DNA of 40,232 nucleotides from Macrostomum lignano (Eukaryota): NCBI GenBank assembly GCA_002269645.1, contig NIVC01004630.1, positions 1 to 40,232 of the forward strand, read 5' to 3'. Shown piece by piece: positions 1 to 6,911 of this stretch (position 1 is its first letter; each line of letters starts with the position of its first letter). The notes under the pieces were generated by a model. It saw only the letters and a program-made list of their open reading frames with translations, ran no database searches and was not told where the DNA came from. The position numbers and the translations under genes were made by a program.

Positions 1-297
1 CCCAGGCTATTCCACAAAAGGATACAAGGCCAACTGGAGTGAGGAGGTGTACACTGTAGTATGTAGGGCACCGAAGCACTATCCGTACATGTACAAGATT
101 AGGGACATAAAGGGTGAGGAGATCCGGGGTCTCTTTCATGAGCATGAGCTGCAGGCGTGCCGGACTCACAGCGACTGTATGTGATTGAGAAGATTCTGAA
201 AACGGAGAAGCGGAAGGGAAAAATTCGCTATCTGGTGAAGTGGGCCGGCTACGACTCGACAGGCTGGGTGGATGAAAAAGACTTAAGAAAGGTTTAG
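1..297 (+). CDS. Retroviral-like integrase, C-terminal part with chromodomain (5'-partial, two compensating frameshifts)
   Basis: Hand translation across frames 1/2/1: RLFHK|GYKANWSEEVY...YKIRDIKGEEIRGLFHEHELQ|VPDSQRLYVIEKILKTEKRKGKIRYLVKWAGYDSTGWVDEKDL*. KGY-x-x-NWSEE and the LVKWxGY chromodomain are typical of Polinton integrases. Shifts near 20 and 156. Confidence 0.88.
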
Positions 298-316
298 CTT
301 TTGCGCATCTCTTCTC

Positions 317-1139
317 ATGAGGTTTAACATTATAATGCGAACTATTTTGATTAACAGTGAGCATGCTGAAGGTACTCCTAGTGACTTTAATTTTTACCTG
401 TCACCTATTTACTTGGATCGAAATGTGGACTATGAGGCAGGTCTGGCTGAAATCCATCTGCCTGCTGCATGGTTCAATGTTGACGAGCCTTACTGCTTCA
501 CTGTCTCAGATGGAAGAGAGCATGAGGCCCTGGTTCTTCAACCCGGACGCTTTGCTAGAGTGGAGGAGCTGGTGGAGCGTTTGAATCAGCTGCTGGCCAA
601 CTCTGATTCGCTATTCTTTGATGCAATGAGTGACAGGGAGTCTGAGATGGAGGCTGATGAGTCCGGCCTGATGGGCGTAGTGGCAACAGGGAATTCGGTA
701 TGAAGTTCGAAATCCGCAACTCACGAACTGTGGTGCACAACAACACTGCGAGAGCAGAGATGTTTCTCCCATCCAGCAAAATTCTGCATTGGCTGGGATT
801 TGGAAACCAGGCTGTGAAAATCCAGCCAGGGAGCCGCGTGTCCGAGCACTGCATTGGCTGCCCGCGCACCAGCTTAATCAATGTGCACTGCAGTATCGTT
901 GAGTCAACTAATTGCAACTTGGGCTCCCTGTTGAGAACAGTTGGAATGAAAGCCGGCATTGAATGGGGCAACTATCAAACAAAAATATTTAAGAAAACAA
1001 TATTCTTCCGATTCAACGAATCAGTCTTCTTCACAGCATTCGAGTTCAGCTGCGTGACATCTATGGTTGCCCACTGATTGCCCAGACACTCAGCCCTGTT
1101 CTGCTCACAGTTCAGATTCGGGAGAAACGCATTCAATGA
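317..1139 (+). CDS. Minor capsid protein (penton-like, single jelly roll), two -1 frameshifts
   Basis: N-terminal TPSDFNFYLSPIYL...YEAGLAEIHLPAAWFNV and C-terminal FE-x-QLRDIYG...LTVQIRE (frame 3, TGA at 1137-1139) resemble Polinton minor capsid termini. Joins ORFs 317-703 and 700-1077 plus a frame-3 tail; shifts near 660-700 and 1045. Confidence 0.72.
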
Positions 1140-1525
1140 ACTACCAGCAGCTGATCCAGCAATATTCGGGGGTGAGGACAGGACACGAAAAGCCTGCACT
1201 CTATGGCTGTGGGAGCTTTCCGGGGATCATGACATACCAGCCTCCGCCAGCGGCTACATCATCATTCTCAACGCATAGCAATGTCAGGCGCAAAAGAAAT
1301 ACTGAAGCAAGTCCGAAACGATTGAAGAAGAAGAAGTACACCCGAAAGGCAACTGGTAGAGATCGCACCAATAAGAGGTGCAATGAAAGAAATCCGAGCA
1401 AGGCTAGTAGGAAAAAGCTTAAGAATAGGAAGACGAAAGCAAAGAAGAATGCAGCAGGCGGAGGAAAGCGAAAGCGAAAAGTCAGCAAGAAAACTGTGAA
1501 ACGCGTGCTCGACTCTCTGTCATAG
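1136..1525 (+). CDS. Highly basic putative virion core / DNA-condensing protein (pVII-like)
   Basis: ATG overlaps the upstream TGA (ATGA at 1136-1139). K/R-rich C-terminal two thirds; N-terminal LYGC-G fits the adenovirus protease consensus (M/L/I)xGx-G. Lies between the two capsid genes. Confidence 0.65.
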   Translation: MNYQQLIQQYSGVRTGHEKPALYGCGSFPGIMTYQPPPAATSSFSTHSNVRRKRNTEASPKRLKKKKYTRKATGRDRTNKRCNERNPSKASRKKLKNRKTKAKKNAAGGGKRKRKVSKKTVKRVLDSLS

Positions 1526-1527
1526 AC

Positions 1528-2806
1528 ATGGCTTACGGATTCAATCCCAGACTTGATTTATTTAAGACGCCTGTTCTACAAACCTGCATTGAAAAAGCTA
1601 CTTATGTTGATATTCACCCAGTAAATTCCATTACTGCAAACTCCCCCATTGAATTTGACTGCCACCAATCTGCGATGAATACACTGATTTGCTTAATTCT
1701 TTTCTTTATATTCGCTGCCGCCTTGTGAGACTGGATGGGGTTTGCTGAGGGAGGATGTTCGAGATGGAGATGGCATCATCACCGAGCGCAGAGACAGTGA
1801 CGTGCACCCAGAAAACTTTGTTTTGTCTACAGCCTTCTCAGATGTAATTGTGAGCATTAACCAGCGAGTGGTATCTGGTGGAGACCAGCTCTATCCCTAC
1901 CATGCGTACTTCAAAGCACTAATGAGCTCATCTGATGCCCAGCAACTAAAACTTTACCCTGCTGGCTTCCTGGAGCCGAACTCGGCAGCTGAAAGCACAC
2001 GGAGAGCCACAGGGAATCCCGATGGATGGAGTATGCGGGACCGCTCTTCAGCGATGTTTTCCAATGCCCAGTGTTTCTGCTAAACAATCTGCACTTGCAC
2101 ATCAAACTGGTGCCCAGCGATGGGGCCTTTGCCATCAGAAGCCCGAATGCAAACAACGCGGCATACCGCATGGAAATCTCTCACTGCATTTTGCATCTTC
2201 GCCGAGTCAAAGTGGTGCCCCACATCAGCCTGGCCCACGAGCAGGGGTTGACAAACCAAAATGCACTGTATCCCATCGAGCGAACTGAAATGCAGAACTT
2301 CATCCTACCCCAGGGCATTCAATCTAAAAACATTGAAGGATTCACTCATGGAAAATTGCCGAAGTTCATCATGCTGGCCTTCGTGAGCCACCGTGCATTC
2401 AACGGTCATCATCACGCGAGCCCGTTCCAGTTCCAGAGCTTCAACCTTAGCCGTTGGCTCTAAAGAAAGGTGGGGAAACCGTGTGCACGGTGCCTTCACA
2501 CCTGAAAACAATTCCTTTGTAAGAGAATACTTACACTACCTGAAAAGCTGTCAATCTGCAAGCCACACGAACTCGGTTCCGTGGATCCCTTACCAGCTCT
2601 TCTCCAACAACAGCACGGTGTTTGCATTCGATCTCACACCAGAGGGAGCGGCTCTGTGGTACGGACAGAAGGAGGGCAACCTGCGGTTGGAGATTCGCTT
2701 CCGACAGGCTCTGGACGAAACGGTGTCCCTGATCGCTCTGTGCCTGTATGACTCGCTGATTGAGGTCACCAAGCACCGGGAGCTTTTGCTGGACTATTCC
2801 TCTTAA
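1528..2806 (+). CDS. Major capsid protein (double jelly roll, hexon-like), about five -1 frameshifts
   Basis: LDLFKTPVLQTCIE...IHPVNSITANSPIEF, YTDLLNSFLYIRCRL, LYPYHAYF, GPLFSDVF, KLPKFIMLAFV, PFQFQSFNL, FAFDLTP, GNLRLEIRF and DSLIEV are the motif series of Polinton major capsids. Pieces lie in frames 1/3/2/1/3/2 with shifts near 1658, 1741, 1993-2026, 2453 and 2483. Confidence 0.9.
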
Positions 2807-2811
2807 CTGGC

Positions 2812-3321
2812 ATGGAAGCAATTCAACTACTCCATCTCGCCAGAAAATTTTTGTCTTGCCGAAAATTCTTCATCATTACTTTACATTCACGCTATAAAAA
2901 TGTATTGTCTTTGAGTCTAAAAAGAAAATATCGATCAATTCCCTTTGAAAACAAGTTTGTGTTTATCCTACTACAGCACAATGGCTCATTTGGTCATTGG
3001 GTGGTGTGCTATGCTGGGCAAGGAAATTGCATTGAGCTGTTCAACTCCCTCGGCTGGGAACCTGAAATTTTATCTGTGGTTTATAATTTGTTTCGAGAGA
3101 TTAAAACAACTGGCTTTTATCTCCGAAGCAATATAAACAGATTTCAATGTGCTAACTCTAATAAATGCGGAGTGTTTTGCATCTATTTTGCTTATCAAAA
3201 GTTGCTGATCAATCGGTCATTTGAGGGTATTTTAAAGAGTTTGCACTCTAATGAAAAAAATCATTTGAATGATAGAATCTTACAGAGGTTTGAAGCCAAC
3301 TTAAGAAAAAGATGTCCGTGA
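2812..3321 (+). CDS. Adenain-like (clan CE) maturation cysteine protease
   Basis: GHWV (His), ELFNSLG (acidic triad position, here Asn), FQCANSNKCGVFC (oxyanion Gln and catalytic Cys); 169 aa, directly after the capsid gene. Confidence 0.88.
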   Translation: MEAIQLLHLARKFLSCRKFFIITLHSRYKNVLSLSLKRKYRSIPFENKFVFILLQHNGSFGHWVVCYAGQGNCIELFNSLGWEPEILSVVYNLFREIKTTGFYLRSNINRFQCANSNKCGVFCIYFAYQKLLINRSFEGILKSLHSNEKNHLNDRILQRFEANLRKRCP

Positions 3322-3350
3322 TTTTCTAGAACTATATTTATGCATTAGAC

Positions 3351-3997
3351 ATGGGAGAAAAGCGAGTTTGCTACGATATCCGCCTCAGGCAGGGAAGCTG
3401 CATGATTGTCTGCGGGCCCACCAATGCAGGAAAAACAACCTTTGTCAAACACCTGATCCAGTACAGAGACGTCATGTTTGATGTGAAGCCTGGCAGAGTT
3501 CTGTGGTACTATGGGATCTCACAGGCAGGCCATGCAGAACTGAGCAGCCTAGGTGTGCAGCTGCGCCAGGGATTCCCCACCAACATCGAGGCAGCACTTA
3601 GGCCCAATGACCTGGTTGTTTTCGATGACTTAATAGAGGAAACTTCAAATTCTGCTTCAATGCGAAATTTTTTCACAGGAATCGCACATCACTTGCCGTG
3701 CTTTTTGGTGATGCTGACTCAGAATATATTTTTCAAGGGAAAAGAGTCGCGAACAATGAGCTTGAATGTAATGTACTTAGCTATCTTGAAAAACCCCGAG
3801 ACCAGCTGCAGATTGCAGCACTGGGCAGGCAGTGCTTTACAGAGAAGCCCGGCTTTCTGCTGTCAGTGTTCAAGCACGTGACCGCGCAGAACAGGGGAGC
3901 CTACCTGTTCCTAGACTTTCACCCATCAACTCCCGATGAGCTGCGAGTGCGGGCCAGAATTTTGCCCAACCAGCGACCCCATCTTGTATTTGCTTAA
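3351..3997 (+). CDS. FtsK/HerA (A32-like) DNA packaging ATPase, one -1 frameshift
   Basis: Walker A GPTNAGKT, Walker B LVVFDDL, MLTQN, then KNP|RDQLQI...YLFLDFHP. Frameshift in the C run near 3795 joins ORFs 3351-3881 and 3698-3997. Confidence 0.92.
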
Positions 3998-4039
3998 GAA
4001 AGTGAAGCTTGTTTTTTATCGGCTATTGTTTTCATCGCT

Positions 4040-4378
4040 ATGGAAGTGCTTGATTCACATGCAAGTCTTTTTGCGGTTCTTGCGTCACCTAAATATACCG
4101 TGCGCTTCAAGCAGCTGTTGATAAAAAATTGTCCAAAAGAAGTGCGTTATTTTCTTGTTGAGGCCTGTCATAATCTCTTACAAAACAATTTATCGTTTTC
4201 GATCGATGAAAAAGCTGTTCTTGCAAAGTCAAAAGAGATAATTCGAAAAATTACTCAGCAGAGAAGAAAGATAGACTTGTTAAAGGCTGGCTTCATCAAA
4301 ATACTCCCGATTCTGCTTAAGCTGGTAAAGAAAAAGAAGCAAAATGAACAAATTTTCAGAAATGGTTCTGATTTCTAA
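4040..4378 (+). CDS. Small basic Polinton protein with amphipathic cationic C-terminus (putative core / membrane-active precursor)
   Basis: FLVEACHNLLQNNL...LAKSKEIIRKI...LKAGFIKILPILLKLVKKKK resembles the small ORF that commonly follows the Polinton ATPase (E-x-x-x-N-x-L-x-GN...QxGGFL pattern, from memory). Confidence 0.6.
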   Translation: MEVLDSHASLFAVLASPKYTVRFKQLLIKNCPKEVRYFLVEACHNLLQNNLSFSIDEKAVLAKSKEIIRKITQQRRKIDLLKAGFIKILPILLKLVKKKKQNEQIFRNGSDF

Positions 4379-5036
4379 AGCAGAGTATGAGATGTTAGTG
4401 CAGAATTTGAAGCCAAATGAGACTAGCACTGACGCTGACTTGAAGCAGGCTCAGAAGAAATGCGATGATATCTTGTATGCCGAGGATTATCCAGAAGATG
4501 TGAAAACCGCCATGTATCAAAGTGCAATGCAAAGTTTGCTGGCCAAGCGCAAGCACGCTGGAAAAGAAGGATCACGAAATACTGAAGCCAAGTTGATGAA
4601 AATAGAGACACCCCAGATGAACACCTGGGAAGAGAAGATCAGCAAGTCGGTGCCACAGAAATTCAAAACCAGGGCTCGCAGTCTATGGACGATCCTGTCC
4701 ACCAATCCAGAGCTGATTGGAGTTTGTGAAAACGGAGAGGTGGAAATCGCAGGCACGTCAATCCCTTCCTCAAACATACTGGACTTGATTCAGCACGCAG
4801 TGAGGGATTCGTCATGTGAGCGTGAACCAGTTGGGTGGAACGAGTTCATCGATTTGCTGCAGCAGAAAAAGCTTAATGTTCCGCTTTCTGCTGTTGGTAA
4901 ATCAGTTAAGAAGAAAATGGCAACCAGCAGAGGGGGTGAACTGGAGAAAGAACAGGAGAGTCTAGTCAAGGGGTACGGGAGCAACACAGCCTGGCTGAAA
5001 CTGCCTGGCAGAAAAGTATATAAGAAGGTGGACTGA
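4344..5036 (+). CDS. Conserved Polinton hypothetical protein
   Basis: Intact 230-aa ORF; SVPQKFKTRARSL...GEVEIAGTSIPSSNILDLIQHAV...EPVGWNEF matches a recurrent uncharacterised Polinton family as I recall it. Confidence 0.65.
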   Translation: MNKFSEMVLISKAEYEMLVQNLKPNETSTDADLKQAQKKCDDILYAEDYPEDVKTAMYQSAMQSLLAKRKHAGKEGSRNTEAKLMKIETPQMNTWEEKISKSVPQKFKTRARSLWTILSTNPELIGVCENGEVEIAGTSIPSSNILDLIQHAVRDSSCEREPVGWNEFIDLLQQKKLNVPLSAVGKSVKKKMATSRGGELEKEQESLVKGYGSNTAWLKLPGRKVYKKVD

Positions 5037-5064
5037 CTCCGAAATTTCGAGGGAAAGCTGCATC

Positions 5065-5916
5065 ATGAACTACATTGACTTCCAAGGATTCCCGTGCAAC
5101 AGCACAAGCAAAAAATTTGTTGTGAAGGAGTTGGCAGTTGTTCAAGTCAGAGCGGGAAGCTACCGAATTGCTCACCATGTGTACGCACCTCCGTATCCAT
5201 GGGAGAGAGTCTCACCTGACATGCGAGTTTGCTACAGACAGCTATCAAAGAGTCTGCACCAGTTTAAGTGGAATGATGGAACCCGTCCGTACATGGAACT
5301 GGCGGAAGACATTCTGAGGATTGCCAGTGGTCCGATCTGGACAAATGGGGAAAGGAAGTCTATTTTCCTGACTGAGCTGCTTGGTAGACAGGTTTATAAC
5401 CTAGAAGATTTGGGAGCACCCTCGACTGAAGATTCAGATACTGGCTGTGCAGTGAGAAATTCGTTGCTGCACTACAGTTGGCTTAAGCCAAAGTTCTGCA
5501 TCAACTTAAGAAGCGAGCAGTGTCCGTGGCACACGAGCAGTAAAGTTGGCAGAAGCAGATTTGGTGAAGAAGTTGACGATCGAAATGAGCCCACCAGCTA
5601 CAGCCCTAAGAGTGAGCAATCTGGTTGGCGGAGTAGATCTGAGGCTGGATGGTGGCAGGGGCGCTCAGCTACCTCTACGGGAACTGGCTCTCAGCATGGC
5701 TCATGTGATCTACCGGCCCGTCTGGCCCCGGGTGCTCATCAAGCGGATGCGAAGTCCCAGAGTGACTCTGCTACTCTACCCTACTGGGCAACTGAGCATC
5801 TGCGGTGCCAAGACCCACGCAGACGCCAAAAGGGCTGCCCGTCGCTTCGTGGCTATGCTGCATCGGAGAGTGCCAGCTCAACTGCTGCCTCCTCAAGCCA
5901 TTTGTGTTCGGATTAA
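5065..5916 (+). CDS. DnaQ/DEDD-like nuclease-fold protein (recognisable domain about 5065-5490; true stop uncertain)
   Basis: IDFQGF...FVVKELAV...PPYPW...HQFKWNDG...NLEDLGAPS...CAVRN...WL is a motif series of a Polinton/insect-virus family with predicted DnaQ-like fold. The remaining about 140 codons overlap the TBP-like gene and look non-homologous. Confidence 0.6.
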   Translation: MNYIDFQGFPCNSTSKKFVVKELAVVQVRAGSYRIAHHVYAPPYPWERVSPDMRVCYRQLSKSLHQFKWNDGTRPYMELAEDILRIASGPIWTNGERKSIFLTELLGRQVYNLEDLGAPSTEDSDTGCAVRNSLLHYSWLKPKFCINLRSEQCPWHTSSKVGRSRFGEEVDDRNEPTSYSPKSEQSGWRSRSEAGWWQGRSATSTGTGSQHGSCDLPARLAPGAHQADAKSQSDSATLPYWATEHLRCQDPRRRQKGCPSLRGYAASESASSTAASSSHLCSD

Positions 5917-6175
5917 AACTATTACTGCTCATGGTAAATTTAACTTCTGCAATGCTTTGTCCCTCACAAATCTTGCTGCCTCTGGCATACTGTCTTACGC
6001 TGAGTATGAGCCCGAGTCGTTCTCTGCTCTAATTTATACATTACGTTATTGTAAATGCTTGTTATTTCATACTGGTTCTTTTGTTCTTAGTGGAGCAAAA
6101 TCTATGAGCATGTTGCGCTTCGACCTTTCTACGTTACATAGTTTAATCAGCCAGTTTATCACCTATCAAAAATAA
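5585..6175 (+). CDS. TATA-box-binding protein (TBP)-like protein, intronless, virus-encoded
   Basis: Both TBP repeats are visible: VSNLVGGVDL...RMRSPRVTLLLYPTGQLSICGAK...AKRAARRF and AEYEPESFSALIY...CLLFHTGSFVLSGAK, matching canonical QNIV...[23 protein letters not shown]...AARKY and SYEPELFPGLIY...LIFVSGKVVLTGAK. First ATG at 5585 (196 aa); the frame is open from 5510. Confidence 0.92.
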   Translation: MSPPATALRVSNLVGGVDLRLDGGRGAQLPLRELALSMAHVIYRPVWPRVLIKRMRSPRVTLLLYPTGQLSICGAKTHADAKRAARRFVAMLHRRVPAQLLPPQAICVRIKTITAHGKFNFCNALSLTNLAASGILSYAEYEPESFSALIYTLRYCKCLLFHTGSFVLSGAKSMSMLRFDLSTLHSLISQFITYQK

Positions 6176-6176
6176 A
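6171..6176 (+). terminator. Polyadenylation signal overlapping the TBP-like stop codon
   Basis: AATAAA at 6171-6176 contains the TAA stop and is followed by an AT-rich spacer that ends the + strand gene block. Confidence 0.5.
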
Positions 6177-6911
6177 CAAAAAGTGTGTTCCGTTTGTTCT
6201 TGAATGTTTGCGTAAATTCATTACGGAAAACCGCATCTTTAAATTATTTATTTTTATTTTAAAAAATAAGTTTTAACTAAAAAATTAAAGGTGAAATGAG
6301 CATAGAATAATTGAAAACTGGGAGCTAAAACGCGTAATCAGATCTCTCCCTTCACAAAAACAGAAAGAGGGCATAGAACCCATTCCAAAAAGGTTCTGCC
6401 AAAAGCAAAATGGCTTAGATTGATACACGTGAATGAAGAAATTAATTAATCAAACTCGACTGACACTCATACATGTAACTGGACCGCAAAATTACTAGTA
6501 TAGGCAAGAAATTTCAACAAAAGCAATGCAAAGAAATGTTTTAGCATCATGTTAAAAAATTAATAAATGAACATAAAACTCAGCAATAAAAATTTCAATA
6601 CATTAAATTTACAGACTTTGCAATTTAATATTACGAGTAGAAATCGTGCAGTTACAAGGTACTGAAATAAAATTACTAATAAATTAATAGCTAGCATTAA
6701 GACTTCAGACAAAAAGTTCAAAAAGACACTAAAATTACGGTGAAACAGGGGAGGCAAATTGCTGCAACTTCTTCTATCTGAGATAGCAAAATTGAGACAG
6801 CATATAATTTAAACGGATAAAGGCGAGCCGCGAGTATATGTTTGAAGAAACCAAAGACTAAATATTCAGAATAAAATGTGTAGAGGCCGTGTGATAAAAA
6901 GTTATACTCAG

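Noticed and set aside
5585-6175. TBP-like ORF as an ordinary host gene
   Set aside because: Intronless, lacks an N-terminal extension, highly diverged, and embedded between viral genes inside the element, whereas host genes here are intron-rich.
6180-6911. Short AT-rich ORFs between TBP and pPolB
   Set aside because: Low complexity, no motifs; best read as convergent 3' UTR/terminator spacer.
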